64,000 nucleotides of DNA from Chitinophagales bacterium (GCA_947449695.1 CANFST010000003.1:3248-67247); one strand, 5' to 3'. Numbered from the stretch's first letter, positions 1 through 10,184 are shown. A program made the numbers and translations. The notes: a model not told the origin generated them from the letters alone.

Positions 1-431
1 TGAACAGGTAAGTGACGACTGAATTTTCTGTCAATCAAAACACATAATTCAACTTTGCTTGGTCTACCATAATCTAACATTGCATCCATAGCACTTCTTA
101 TTGTTCTGCCAGTGTACAATACATCATCAATCAGCACAACATTTTTATTTTCAAGTGAAATTTCTATTTCAGTTTTATAAGTTTTTATGTTTGCTTCTCG
201 ATGTACATCATCTCGATAAAACGAAACATCCAATAAGCCATAAGGTACCTTATCAAAGTTGAATTCTTTTTGAATGGTTTGAACTAAACGGTTCGCAAAC
301 AAAACCCCTCGAGGTTGAATCCCTAATAAAATTGTATTTTCAAAATTTGGATGTTGCTCAAATAGCTGATGAGCCAAGCGTCGCAAGGTAAGATGTAGCT
401 GCTCCGCATCAAGAATAATTTTTTCACTCAT
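1..431 (-). CDS. pyrR: PyrR, pyrimidine operon regulator / uracil phosphoribosyltransferase (first ~143 codons; 3' end lies beyond the window start)
   Basis: My own minus-strand translation from ATG 431-429 reads MSEKIILDAEQLHLTLRRLAHQLFEQHPNFENTILLGIQPRGVLFANRL...NVVLIDDVLYTGRTIRSAMDAMLDYGRPSKVELCVLIDRKFSRHLPV. The VLIDDVLYTGRT PRPP loop and overall layout are typical of PyrR. It is absent from the ORF track because no stop lies in the window. Confidence 0.85.
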   Translation of the reverse strand, partial: MSEKIILDAEQLHLTLRRLAHQLFEQHPNFENTILLGIQPRGVLFANRLVQTIQKEFNFDKVPYGLLDVSFYRDDVHREANIKTYKTEIEISLENKNVVLIDDVLYTGRTIRSAMDAMLDYGRPSKVELCVLIDRKFSRHLPV

Positions 432-481
432 CTTGGCTTCAAAGGTAGTTGGAAAAAGTTGAAATCAAAAAAATGAGTTAT

Positions 482-517
482 AAAAAAAAGAACCGAACTT
501 TTAAGGCTCGGCTCTTT
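482..517 (-). terminator. Rho-independent terminator after tsf
   Basis: On the minus strand, AGAGCCGAG / UUCGGUUCU form a 9-bp stem with two G-U pairs, followed by a run of 8 U. It sits about 20 nt after the tsf stop. Confidence 0.6.
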
Positions 518-536
518 TCATTTAGTCAATTAAAAA

Positions 537-1361
537 TTAATTCAAACCAACTCGTTTGAACAAATTTACTTTTAAATCTTTGTCAATTCCCTTTAAATAA
601 TCAGCAACAGTTTTGTTGCCATCTTTCACAAAAAATTGGTTCAACAATGTGCTTTCTTTATAAAATTTTTCAACTGTACCAGAAGCAATTTTGTCAACAA
701 TATTAGCTGGTTTGCCTTCTTGAATAGCTTTTTCACGAGCGATTTCCATTTCACGATTTACCATTTCTTCTGAAACATCACCTTTATCAACTGCTACAGG
801 ACTCATAGCTGCAATTTGCATGGCTAAATCTTTACCCACTTCTTCAGCATTTGAAATGTTTTTGTTCATCGAAACCAACACACCCAATTTGTTACCCATG
901 TGGATGTAAGGAACAACTACTTCACCTTGTACTTTTTCGTATTTGCTTAATGAAATTTTTTCGCCAATTCTCCCCACTTGTTCAGTGATTCTATCTGCAA
1001 TTGACAAACCATCAATTTGACAATTCAATAATTCCTCAATAGAAGCTGGTTGATTGGTTAATGCTGCATTTGCAATTTGAGTTGCAAAGCCAACAAAGTT
1101 TTCGTTTTTAGCTACGAAATCAGTTTCGCAATTCAAGCAAATGGCAACGCCTGTTTTTGCATCAGCGGTGGTCAATGCAATTACTGCACCTTCTTTTGCT
1201 TCACGTTCGTTGCGCAATGCTGCAACTTTTTGTCCTTTCTTTCTTAAGTAATCAATTGCACCTTCAAAATCGCCGTTAGAAGCTTCTAAAGCTTTTTTAC
1301 AATCCATCATACCGGCACCGGTTTGCAATCTCAATTTGTTAATGTCTGCTGCTGTAATCAT
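537..1361 (-). CDS. tsf: Translation elongation factor Ts
   Basis: The N-terminal UBA-like segment is ITAADINKLRLQTGAGMMDCKKALE, followed by an EF-Ts core (CETDFVAKN). It lies directly downstream of rpsB, as in most bacteria. Confidence 0.95.
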   Translation of the reverse strand: MITAADINKLRLQTGAGMMDCKKALEASNGDFEGAIDYLRKKGQKVAALRNEREAKEGAVIALTTADAKTGVAICLNCETDFVAKNENFVGFATQIANAALTNQPASIEELLNCQIDGLSIADRITEQVGRIGEKISLSKYEKVQGEVVVPYIHMGNKLGVLVSMNKNISNAEEVGKDLAMQIAAMSPVAVDKGDVSEEMVNREMEIAREKAIQEGKPANIVDKIASGTVEKFYKESTLLNQFFVKDGNKTVADYLKGIDKDLKVNLFKRVGLN

Positions 1362-1397
1362 TTTTATTTGATTTTTATTTTTTTATTTGATTAATTT

Positions 1398-1435
1398 AAA
1401 AAAGTCATCTTGCAAATAGCTCGATGACTTTTTTT
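1398..1435. terminator. Hairpin between rpsB and tsf (bidirectional terminator or attenuator shape)
   Basis: AAGTCATC (1402-1409) pairs with GATGACTT (1423-1430). A-runs and T-runs flank it on both sides. Confidence 0.5.
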
Positions 1436-1475
1436 GATATTGTTAGTGATAAACTTTTAAACTTGATGAACTGAA

Positions 1476-2327
1476 TTATCTTGGTTTGCGTTCGCCAGCT
1501 ACTTTATGAGCAGGTTTACGAATTTTACCATTAGCTGCTTTTTTTCTACCTTCTTCGCTGTTGTCTTCACCATCAGCTAAGTTGTTCAAGTTGTTTTGAG
1601 CTGCTTCTTCAGATTCTTCTACTTCATCCACTTTTTCATTTTTACGTTCTTCCAATCCTTCCATTACTGCATTCATCAAATAAGTGGTGATTGCTGTTAC
1701 AGATTTTGTAGCATCATCATTGGCAGGAATTGCATAGTCAACTGTGTTAGGGTCGCAGTTAGTATCAACCATTGCAAATGTAGCAATGTTCAATTTTTTT
1801 GCTTCTGCTAATGCAATATGTTCGTGTCCGATATCAACAATGAAAATAGCTGCTGGTAAGCGATTCATATTAGCAATACCACCCAATACTTTTTCCATTT
1901 TATCTTTATCGCGACTCATCATCAATTTTTCTTTTTTGGTGATGTTTTCCAAAGTACCATCCTGCAACATTTTTTCAATGCTTTGCATTTTTTTGATGCT
2001 TTTGCGAATAGTGTTGAAGTTAGTCAACATACCACCCAACCAACGTTCAGTAACGTAAGGCATTTGTGTACGTTGAGCACATTGTGCTACGATATCTTTT
2101 GCTTGTTTTTTTGTAGCAACAAACAAAATTTTTCTGCCAGCTTTAGCCATTGCTTTCATATGTGCAGCAGCTTCATCTAAGCATTCAATTGTTTTGTTCA
2201 AATCAATAATGTGGATGCCTTTGCGTTCCATGAAAATGTATGGTAACATTTTCGGATTCCATTTGCGTTTCAAGTGTCCGAAGTGAACGCCTGCATCTAA
2301 TAATTCTTGTTGTGTTATTTTATTCAT
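1476..2327 (-). CDS. rpsB: 30S ribosomal protein S2 (with a charged C-terminal tail of about 45 aa)
   Basis: S2 signatures HFGHLKRKWNPKM, ILFVATKKQA and MVDTNCDPNTVDYAIPANDD are present. The tail is EERKNEKVDEVEESEE...RKPR. Confidence 0.95.
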   Translation of the reverse strand: MNKITQQELLDAGVHFGHLKRKWNPKMLPYIFMERKGIHIIDLNKTIECLDEAAAHMKAMAKAGRKILFVATKKQAKDIVAQCAQRTQMPYVTERWLGGMLTNFNTIRKSIKKMQSIEKMLQDGTLENITKKEKLMMSRDKDKMEKVLGGIANMNRLPAAIFIVDIGHEHIALAEAKKLNIATFAMVDTNCDPNTVDYAIPANDDATKSVTAITTYLMNAVMEGLEERKNEKVDEVEESEEAAQNNLNNLADGEDNSEEGRKKAANGKIRKPAHKVAGERKPR

Positions 2328-2387
2328 TATATGTGAATGATAAATAAGTTTTTGAAAATTGTTTGAGTTAATCGGTATAAATAAAGA

Positions 2388-2774
2388 TTAACGTTTGCTG
2401 AACTGTGAGCTACGACGAGCTTTTCTGCGACCTGGTTTTTTACGTTCCACTTCTTTGCTGTTTCGAGTCATGCAATTAGCAGTACGCAATGCACTTTTCC
2501 ATTCTGCATTGAATTTCACCAATGCACGAGCAATAGCCAATTGAGCAGCTTCGGCCTGACCTTTTACTCCACCGCCATCGCAGTTTAATTTAATGTCGAA
2601 TTCTTTTGCAGATTCAGTAATTTGCAATGGTTTCAACACACTGTTTTGGTGAAACATGATGGGAAAATAATCAGCTAATGATTTTTCGTTGATTAAAATT
2701 TCGCCCTTTCCTTTGCTCATAAAAACTCGAGCAACAGATGCTTTACGGCGACCTACGGCGTTAATAACTTCCAT
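2388..2774 (-). CDS. rpsI: 30S ribosomal protein S9
   Basis: GGGVKGQAEAAQLAIARAL is present, with the C-terminal PGRRKARRSSQFSKR. Confidence 0.95.
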   Translation of the reverse strand: MEVINAVGRRKASVARVFMSKGKGEILINEKSLADYFPIMFHQNSVLKPLQITESAKEFDIKLNCDGGGVKGQAEAAQLAIARALVKFNAEWKSALRTANCMTRNSKEVERKKPGRRKARRSSQFSKR

Positions 2775-2797
2775 GTTTTATTATTGTGCTGTTTAAA

Positions 2798-3247
2798 TTA
2801 TTTTTTAATTTCTAAAACTTTTGGGTTTTGTGCTTGATGCGGATGTTCAGCACCTGCATACACAAACAATTTGTTTTGCATTGCACGACCCAAGCGATTT
2901 TTAGGCAACATACCATGTACACAATTTTCAATCATACGTGTAGGATGTTTTGCTGTTAAATCTTTTGGATTAGTGATTTTTTGACCACCTGGGTAACCAC
3001 TGAAAGTGATTACTTCTACATCCTGCATTTTATGACCAGTTAACTTAAATTTACCAGCATTAATTACAATTACATAATCGCCAGTATCTACATGAGGTGT
3101 ATAGCTTGCTTTGTGTTTGCCACGAAGTATAGTTGCAATTCGTGTACACATTCTTCCTAAAACTTGATTTTCGGCATCAATCACAAACCATTGACGAGTC
3201 ACGGTTTCGGGTTTTGCCATTACTGTTTTTAAACTAATCTTATCCAC
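2798..3247 (-). CDS. rplM: 50S ribosomal protein L13 (GTG start)
   Basis: [37 protein letters not shown] matches L13. The gene is followed by rpsI. Confidence 0.95.
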   Translation of the reverse strand: MDKISLKTVMAKPETVTRQWFVIDAENQVLGRMCTRIATILRGKHKASYTPHVDTGDYVIVINAGKFKLTGHKMQDVEVITFSGYPGGQKITNPKDLTAKHPTRMIENCVHGMLPKNRLGRAMQNKLFVYAGAEHPHQAQNPKVLEIKK

Positions 3248-3283
3248 TGTTATTTTTCGTTTTACGTTTTTTTAAATGGGCTG

Positions 3284-3291
3284 CAAATGTA
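3284..3291 (-). promoter_or_regulatory. Bacteroidota-type -7 box TACATTTG for the rplM-rpsI-rpsB-tsf cluster
   Basis: The reverse complement of caaatgta is TACATTTG, which fits TAnnTTTG. It lies 37 nt upstream of the rplM start. A TTTG (3312-3315, minus strand) sits 20 nt further upstream as a possible -33 element. Confidence 0.5.
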
Positions 3292-3486
3292 TATGCCTTT
3301 TTTTGTGCTGCCAAACATTTCCTGAAATTTATTTTTTAATATCACTTAACTTATTGATTTTGAAATGCAAAACGTAAATAAATTTTTTATCGCTGGCTGC
3401 AAATATTGATGAAAGGCGGTTTTTTTGAGCAACTATAAAACTTATGCTGGATAAAGGTTTTAAGTGATGAAAATGTAACAATCAAT

Positions 3487-4686
3487 TTAATTCTTTCTCA
3501 ATCGTGACATATAAAATCCATCAAACCCAAACACTGATGGATAAAGGGTTTTCTCATCAATCAATTCAAAGTTAGCATTTGCTTTCAAGAATTTTTCTAC
3601 CTGCATTTTATTTTCCGAAGGCAACAAACTGCAAGTAGCATAAACCATCAAGCCTTTTGGTTTCAGCATTTGCGAATAGCGTTGCAAAATATCTTGCTGT
3701 GTAATAAGCAATCGTTCGATGAATTTTTTATCAATTCTGTATTTTGCATCGGGGTTGCGTTTCATTACGCCAGTGCCGCTGCAAGGCACATCCAGCAACA
3801 ATCTGTCGGCAGTTTCTTTTAACCGTTTAATTGTTTTTGATGATTCAATAAATTTTGTTTCAATGATGCTCACACCATTTCGTCTGGCACGTTGACGCAT
3901 TTCAGCTAACTTTTTTTCTTCTACATCCATTGCCACAATACGTCCTTTATTTTCCATCAATGCTGCAATGTGTAAGGCTTTTCCGCCTGCGCCTGCACAA
4001 GCATCAATCACTCTCATACCAGGTTGAATATCCAAAAATTGAGCAATAATTTGTGAGCCAGCATCTTGCACTTCAAAATGACCTTGCTTAAAAAGCAGAT
4101 GAGCAAAAACATTTTTTCGTTCGTTCAACACCAACGCATCATGTGCTTCATCTACTGGTAAAGTTAAAATATCGTCGCGTTGCAAAGCCTTTTGTAGCTC
4201 ACGTTTGGTGGTTTTTAAAGTGTTAGTTCTTAGTACAATATTCGCTGGCTGATTCATCGCTGCCAATTCTTTTTCCCATTGTTCTCCCAATTCAGCAAAT
4301 CCAATTTCATCCAATTCATCGTGCAATGAAAACTCGATGGCCCGTGGAAAATTTTGCTTTGCTTTTTCAAAAATATATTTTCTTTCAATTCCTTCAAATT
4401 CTTCCCAAAGTGGTAAATCATTGCCTTTCAACAACCAATAAATGGCAAACAAACGCATCAATTTTGGTTCATGAAAGGTAATTTCATTTTCATAAATCGC
4501 CCACAACTTGCGCCAGCTGCGAACCATATCATATACCGATTCGGCAACAAAAGCCCTATCACGGGCACCCCATTTTGGGTTGCCTTTAAACAAATGATCG
4601 AGCACTTTATCGGCTTGATAATTTTTTTCAAAAATAAATTGCAGCGATTCGGTTACGCCTTTTACTAAGTTGGGGAAGAGTTTCAT
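3487..4686 (-). CDS. RNA m5C methyltransferase, RsmB/NOL1/NOP2/Sun family
   Basis: The SAM motif DACAGAGGKALH and the catalytic Cys motifs DVPCSGTG and YATCSL are present. Confidence 0.85.
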   Translation of the reverse strand: MKLFPNLVKGVTESLQFIFEKNYQADKVLDHLFKGNPKWGARDRAFVAESVYDMVRSWRKLWAIYENEITFHEPKLMRLFAIYWLLKGNDLPLWEEFEGIERKYIFEKAKQNFPRAIEFSLHDELDEIGFAELGEQWEKELAAMNQPANIVLRTNTLKTTKRELQKALQRDDILTLPVDEAHDALVLNERKNVFAHLLFKQGHFEVQDAGSQIIAQFLDIQPGMRVIDACAGAGGKALHIAALMENKGRIVAMDVEEKKLAEMRQRARRNGVSIIETKFIESSKTIKRLKETADRLLLDVPCSGTGVMKRNPDAKYRIDKKFIERLLITQQDILQRYSQMLKPKGLMVYATCSLLPSENKMQVEKFLKANANFELIDEKTLYPSVFGFDGFYMSRLRKN

Positions 4687-4742
4687 TTTAGTTTTTTAAG
4701 AAAAGAAATAGAACACGGATAAGACTAATGGAAAAGAGTTTA

Positions 4743-5717
4743 TTACTCATCTCCATACAACGCCACATACTCAACACCTTTGCTATCAATACTTCCACGG
4801 TGCATGCCTTGTGCATTAAAAACTAAACTGACATTGCCTTTTGCATCCACACCAATCATTCCGCCTTCGGCATGCATGGCTTTTAATTTTTCTTTTACCA
4901 CAATTTGCATTGATTCTTGCAATGATAAACTTTTGTACTCCATCAAACACGAAACATCGTAAGCTGCCACAGCTCTCATAAATAATTCACCATGCCCAGT
5001 ACAACTAATCGCACAGGTTTTATTGTTAGCATAAACACCAGCGCCAACAATTGGGCTGTCGCCAATTCTACCAAATTGTTTGTTAATCATTCCGCCTGTA
5101 CTGGTTGCTGCTGCTACATTTCCATGTTCATCTAAAGCCACTGCACCAACGGTTCCAAACTTACGTTCTGGCATTTCTTCCGTAATATGATCGAGGTGAT
5201 AAAAATCAGTATGACGAACTTGCAACCATTGGTCGTAGCGCTGTTTGGTATAAAAATAATCGTCGGATTCCATTTCAACTTTCATCTTCAAAGCAAAATC
5301 ATTTGCACCTTTTCCGCTCAATAAAACATGTCCGCTTTTTTCCATCACCGCTCTTGCAAACGAAATTGGATTTTTCACATTGCGTACGCCAGCCACTGCG
5401 CCTGCTTGCAAATTGCTGCCATCCATAATGCTAGCATCTAATTCATGGATTCCTTTTTTAGTGTAAACTGCTCCTTTACCAGCGTTGAACAACGGGCAAT
5501 CTTCCAAATATTTCACTGCTGCTTCAACTGCATCTAATGCTTTTCCATTTTTTTTCAAAATGCTAGAGCCTGCATGCAAAGCAGCTTTCAAAGCTTCACG
5601 AAATTGTGGGTCTTGTTCTTGCGAAATAGTTTGCTTCGTAACAGCGCCTGCGCCGCCGTGAATTGCGATGGTGTACATGAAGGAAAATTTTGGTAAAGAT
5701 AGTTTTTCGATTTGCAA
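4743..5717 (-). CDS. Isoaspartyl peptidase / L-asparaginase (Ntn hydrolase, asparaginase_2 family)
   Basis: IAIHGGAG is present, with the autoprocessing site GTVGAVALD. The true start may be ATG 5678 (MYTIAIHGGAG). Confidence 0.85.
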   Translation of the reverse strand: MQIEKLSLPKFSFMYTIAIHGGAGAVTKQTISQEQDPQFREALKAALHAGSSILKKNGKALDAVEAAVKYLEDCPLFNAGKGAVYTKKGIHELDASIMDGSNLQAGAVAGVRNVKNPISFARAVMEKSGHVLLSGKGANDFALKMKVEMESDDYFYTKQRYDQWLQVRHTDFYHLDHITEEMPERKFGTVGAVALDEHGNVAAATSTGGMINKQFGRIGDSPIVGAGVYANNKTCAISCTGHGELFMRAVAAYDVSCLMEYKSLSLQESMQIVVKEKLKAMHAEGGMIGVDAKGNVSLVFNAQGMHRGSIDSKGVEYVALYGDE

Positions 5718-5727
5718 TTTAAAATTG

Positions 5728-6183
5728 CTAACACCATTTCACCGCTTCAAGCGGAAATGTTTTTCCGCTTTGTAAATCATTTATAATTGCTCGAATGGAA
5801 TTTGGAGCAAGTAATTCTTCATCTTTCAATTGATTGATTTCTTCTATCGAAATCCATTGATGCGCTTTGATTTCATGTGTCCAATAATTTTTTTGTTCGC
5901 TGATAATTTTTGCAAGAAAAACAAAACGAATTAAATCGTACTTTTTATATGTAACATATTTGTAAATACCCAAAAGTGCTGTCAGTTCTATATCGTAGCC
6001 AGTTTCTTCTAATGCTTCACGAATGGCACAATTAAAAACTGATTCGTGTTTTTCAAATCTTCCACCAGGAAAATTCCACAAGTTTTTGCTTTGCTCTTTA
6101 TCTTCTTGCACCAACATGATTTTATTTTCACGTTGTAAAATAACAGAAGCTGTTGCTGTGATAATAGTGTTGTTTTCTTGCAT
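5728..6183 (-). CDS. NUDIX hydrolase
   Basis: The Nudix box GGRFEKHESVFNCAIREALEETG is present. Confidence 0.85.
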   Translation of the reverse strand: MQENNTIITATASVILQRENKIMLVQEDKEQSKNLWNFPGGRFEKHESVFNCAIREALEETGYDIELTALLGIYKYVTYKKYDLIRFVFLAKIISEQKNYWTHEIKAHQWISIEEINQLKDEELLAPNSIRAIINDLQSGKTFPLEAVKWC

Positions 6184-6198
6184 GATTTATTTTGAAAC

Positions 6199-6234
6199 AA
6201 AAAAGGGTTGACAAAAAATGACAACCCTTTTTTT
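6199..6234 (-). terminator. Rho-independent terminator after the LemA gene
   Basis: AAAAAAGGGTTG (6199-6210) pairs with CAACCCTTTTTT (6222-6233). A T-run follows on the minus strand. Confidence 0.6.
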
Positions 6235-6256
6235 ATTTTATTGTTCAAAATATTAT

Positions 6257-6847
6257 TTAGAATTTTACAGAAGGTGCTTTTTCAGCAGCAGCTTCTGCTT
6301 CAAAAAATCCTTTCTCTTTAAATCCAAACATACCGCTGAACAGCACAGCTGGAAAGGTTCTAATAGCAGTATTATAAATTTTTACAGCATCATTAAAATC
6401 ATTTCTTGCAGTACTGATTCTGTTTTCGGTTCCAGCTAATTCAGCCTGCAAACTTAAAAACTGGTCATTGGCTTTTAAATCAGGATATTGCTCAGAAACA
6501 ACCATTAATCTTCCTAATGCCTGACTCAACTGACCTTGAGAAGCCTGAAATTGTTTGATTTTTTCAGGAGATAAATCATCGGCATTAACTGTCAATTTTG
6601 TAGCACTTGCACGAGCTTCGATGACTGCTGTTAACGTACTTTTTTCAAAATCAGCATAGCCTTTTACAGTATTCACTAAGTTAGGAATTAAATCCAAACG
6701 ACGTTGATATTGGCTTTGCACTTTTGCCCAGGCATTTTTTACATCTTGGTCTTTGCTAACCATGCCATTGTAGCCGCCGCAGCCAGTGAATCCGAGAATA
6801 AGAACAATTACGCCTACTACTATTAATGTGATTGTTGAACGATTCAT
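6257..6847 (-). CDS. LemA family membrane protein
   Basis: It has an N-terminal TM helix plus NAWAKVQSQYQRRLDLIPNLV and ARNDFNDAVKIYNTAIRTFP, both typical of LemA. Confidence 0.8.
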   Translation of the reverse strand: MNRSTITLIVVGVIVLILGFTGCGGYNGMVSKDQDVKNAWAKVQSQYQRRLDLIPNLVNTVKGYADFEKSTLTAVIEARASATKLTVNADDLSPEKIKQFQASQGQLSQALGRLMVVSEQYPDLKANDQFLSLQAELAGTENRISTARNDFNDAVKIYNTAIRTFPAVLFSGMFGFKEKGFFEAEAAAEKAPSVKF

Positions 6848-6916
6848 AAAATTTGAGATTTTAATTTTTTTGTGAAGTTAAAAATATATTTTTGATTTCT
6901 TATTCAATCCAATTAA

Positions 6917-7819
6917 ATGCCACAACCAGCTTATTTAAAAAAAGGTGACAAAATTTCCATTTTAAGCACTGCCCGAAAGATTTCATATGCTGAAATTGCT
7001 ATTGCTGTTGAGTTGGCAGAAAGCTGGGGCTTGCAAGTTGTTGTAGGTAAAACCATCAACAGTCATCAAGATCAATTCGCAGGCGATGATGATTTTCGAT
7101 TGCACGATTTTCAACTAGCATTAAATGATGACAACATTAAAGCAATTTGGTGTGCTAGAGGTGGTTATGGCACTGTTAGAATTATTGATGAAATTGATTT
7201 CAGAAAATTCAAAAAACATCCCAAATGGATTTGCGGTTTTAGCGACATAACCGTTTTGCACAGCCACTTACAAACTTTGTTCAACACAGCTTCTATTCAT
7301 AGTTTGATGCCTATTAATGTAAATGAAAATACCAAGGAAAGCGATGCGGTTGAATCTCTTAGAAAATGTTTGTTTGGCGAACGAATAAAATATCAAGTCA
7401 AATCTAATCAACTGAATAAACCTGGAAAAGCAAAAGCCGAAATTGTTGGCGGCAATTTATCCATCCTTTTTTCATTAGCAGCTTCGCAAAGTGATATGGA
7501 CACTAACGGAAAAATTTTATTGCTCGAAGATTTAGATGAATATTTATATCATGTTGATAGAATGATGATGCAATTAAAACGAAGCGGAAAGCTCGAAAAC
7601 TTGGATGGGCTTATTGTTGGCGGCATGAGCGAAATGAAAGACAATACTATTCCGTTTGGAAAAACTGCAGAAGAAATTATTGCCGAGCATGTTAAAGAAT
7701 TTGATTACCCGGTTTGTTATAATTTTCCTAGTGGTCATCAACCCGATAACAGAGCTGTGAAATTGGGTATGATAGCTGAATTGGAGGTGAATGAAAATGA
7801 TTCGCTTTTCAAACAATAA
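6917..7819 (+). CDS. LD-carboxypeptidase (peptidase S66, muramoyltetrapeptide carboxypeptidase-like)
   Basis: ARGGYG, the nucleophile elbow GFSDIT and the C-terminal FPSGHQ are present. Confidence 0.8.
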   Translation: MPQPAYLKKGDKISILSTARKISYAEIAIAVELAESWGLQVVVGKTINSHQDQFAGDDDFRLHDFQLALNDDNIKAIWCARGGYGTVRIIDEIDFRKFKKHPKWICGFSDITVLHSHLQTLFNTASIHSLMPINVNENTKESDAVESLRKCLFGERIKYQVKSNQLNKPGKAKAEIVGGNLSILFSLAASQSDMDTNGKILLLEDLDEYLYHVDRMMMQLKRSGKLENLDGLIVGGMSEMKDNTIPFGKTAEEIIAEHVKEFDYPVCYNFPSGHQPDNRAVKLGMIAELEVNENDSLFKQ

Positions 7820-7822
7820 TGA

Positions 7823-9169
7823 CTATTTTCCTTTCCCTTGGAAAATAATCAGAACAGTATAAATCATGATTTTAAAATCCAAAGCCAGCGACATATTTTC
7901 GATGTATAACAAATCGAATTTCATTCGTTCAACCATTTCATCAACATTGCTGGCGTATCCAAATTTTACCATTCCCCAACTAGTTAAACCAGGTTGTACT
8001 TTTTGTAAATGTTTATAGGCAGGCGAAATTTCAACCACTTTATCAATGTAATATTTTCGTTCAGGTCGTGGTCCAACCAAACTCATATCGCCTTTCAGGA
8101 TGTTGATGAATTGTGGTAATTCATCAATGCGCCATTTTCGCATCACTTTTCCCCAAGCTGTAATTCGGCTGTCATCGTGGCTTGACAATGCTGGTCCATT
8201 TTTTTCAGCATCAACATACATGCTGCGAAATTTCAGAATAAAAAATGGCTTATTATTTTTTCCAATTCTCTCTTGCAAATAAAAAATATTTCCAGTCGAT
8301 GATAATTTTACTTTGATGGCAGCAAAAATTAAAATTGGTGAAGTGATAATTAGTGCAAGCAAAGAAGCCGTTACATCAAAAATACGTTTGATTTGGCGTT
8401 GCCAATCAGGCATCAATTCTGGATGAATACCAATCAACACAGCACCCATTACGTGATTCATCTTCACACTTCCACTCAAAATATCATACATATCAGGTAT
8501 GATGCTGATGTTTACAGGTTGATCAGCCAAAGAGTTAATTAAGCTATTTAATTTTTCATGTTCACTGGTTTCAACCGCAATAATTACTTCTTCAATTTGA
8601 TGCTGTTGAATAATTTCACTCAAATTGTTTAGCATTCCTAAGTTGCTCAAATATTTGCTCAAACCATTTTTTCCGTTTTCATCAGTATAAATAAATCCCT
8701 TAAAAATGTAGCCCAATGAGCGTTTGCGGTTATCTATCTCTTTAAAAATATCAATCGCTAATTTGTTGCCGCCTAATATTAAAGTGTTGTAGCCAACTTT
8801 TCTGTTCACTAATTGTCGCTTGGCTTGTGTGAGTAAAATGTAGCGAAATAAAAAAGTGATGAAAAAACTCAAAGCCCAAACTGCTAAAAAAGATTGGTAA
8901 TAACCCGAAACATTTTTTACATAATCATCTAATAAAATAACAAAGAATAAAACAATGCTGCCGATTAAACTGATGAAAAAGGTTTTGGTAAATTCATTCA
9001 ATCGTGATTTGCGATACACATCGGTATAAGCACCTGAAATTAAATGTAATACAATCCAGAACAAAGGCACCAACGCTAAACCCCACAATAACTTTCGGTC
9101 ATTCAGATAGCTTACTTGAAATGGTGGAATTAATTTTTCGATGTAAGCTTTTCGGAAAATAAAAAACAA
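7823..9169 (-). CDS. Polyprenyl glycosylphosphotransferase (WbaP-like bacterial sugar transferase); the N-terminus probably extends to 9238
   Basis: The C-terminal sugar-transferase domain reads IFYLQERIGKNNKPFFILKFRSMY...WRIDELPQFINILKGDMSLVGPRP. The frame stays open upstream of the TTG at 9169 (see finding). Confidence 0.85.
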   Translation of the reverse strand: MFFIFRKAYIEKLIPPFQVSYLNDRKLLWGLALVPLFWIVLHLISGAYTDVYRKSRLNEFTKTFFISLIGSIVLFFVILLDDYVKNVSGYYQSFLAVWALSFFITFLFRYILLTQAKRQLVNRKVGYNTLILGGNKLAIDIFKEIDNRKRSLGYIFKGFIYTDENGKNGLSKYLSNLGMLNNLSEIIQQHQIEEVIIAVETSEHEKLNSLINSLADQPVNISIIPDMYDILSGSVKMNHVMGAVLIGIHPELMPDWQRQIKRIFDVTASLLALIITSPILIFAAIKVKLSSTGNIFYLQERIGKNNKPFFILKFRSMYVDAEKNGPALSSHDDSRITAWGKVMRKWRIDELPQFINILKGDMSLVGPRPERKYYIDKVVEISPAYKHLQKVQPGLTSWGMVKFGYASNVDEMVERMKFDLLYIENMSLALDFKIMIYTVLIIFQGKGK

Positions 9170-9245
9170 GAGCCATGCAGCAAATGATGCTACATAATCG
9201 AAAAAAAGATAATAATATTTGCTGCGTTTTGGTGTCAGAAAAAAA

Positions 9246-10139
9246 TTATTTTCGGCTGATTAATTTAATATTATCAAAATAAAAATTGGTAGGCGAAGTA
9301 ATATGCCCGTAGGTATTACCTGCTTTAATAATAATTTGATAAGAAGTACCTTTCAGTTCGTTTACAGCATCTGTTATGTCAATATAAACCTTATTCCAGC
9401 CAGACTTGGCTATAAAAGTTTCATGCCAATATTTTGTGGCTGTTGAAGATGTTGTGGATAGCAAACCAACAGTAAATTCATAATCGCATTTATAATTCAT
9501 TTCAATAAAAACAGGTGATGTGTTTTCTGGCAAAGACCATGAAGATGTTGAAATAATTTCAACAGTATCATGGGCAGCATCTAAAGATAATTTGCCATAA
9601 AACCCTTCATAGCTATTAGACACTTTATTTTCACGAACCAACGTTGTATCACCTAATAGTTTATTAAAAGCGGAGCCTAATTCAAAATCTTCTTTTAAAT
9701 AAAAATTTAAACTGTCAACATAATGTGCCTTGGGAGTCATTTCATAAGTTTTTCCTTCTTGCAAAGTAAGCGTATCGAACCATGAAGAATAAAACGGATA
9801 TTGCATATGCATGGTAGTGATGCCATCTTTCATAATACCAGCCGATAAAATAATTTGCGATTTACCATTATTTAAAATCGGATTATTTAAAATAACAGGG
9901 ATATTGCATGGTAATTGATAAGCTCCTAAATTTTGATTATTAACATATACCCATACATCAGTCACCTTGCTGCTTGTGCTGCCTTGTGCAGCATAACTGG
10001 TGGTGATATTAAATGGCTCAATATGCAGATAACACGGCGTTGGCGAAGCTTTATGACAACTTGAAATGCATATCAACAAGGGTGTTACCAACCCTACAAC
10101 TATTAGTAATAAAACAGAAGAAGAAAAATTTTTCATCAA
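9246..10139 (-). CDS. Hypothetical lipoprotein
   Basis: The signal peptide ends in LLICISSC, which looks like a lipobox. I recognise no domain. Confidence 0.5.
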   Translation of the reverse strand: MMKNFSSSVLLLIVVGLVTPLLICISSCHKASPTPCYLHIEPFNITTSYAAQGSTSSKVTDVWVYVNNQNLGAYQLPCNIPVILNNPILNNGKSQIILSAGIMKDGITTMHMQYPFYSSWFDTLTLQEGKTYEMTPKAHYVDSLNFYLKEDFELGSAFNKLLGDTTLVRENKVSNSYEGFYGKLSLDAAHDTVEIISTSSWSLPENTSPVFIEMNYKCDYEFTVGLLSTTSSTATKYWHETFIAKSGWNKVYIDITDAVNELKGTSYQIIIKAGNTYGHITSPTNFYFDNIKLISRK

Positions 10140-10184
10140 TTCAATAGCAGATTTCGGTTACAGTTTATAAGTTCTTAACGAAAG

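Noticed and set aside
1596-2180. Three plus-strand ORFs of 65-104 aa inside rpsB
   Set aside because: They are antisense to a highly conserved ribosomal protein gene. Their Cys/Phe/Ile-rich composition is typical of shadow ORFs in AT-rich DNA.
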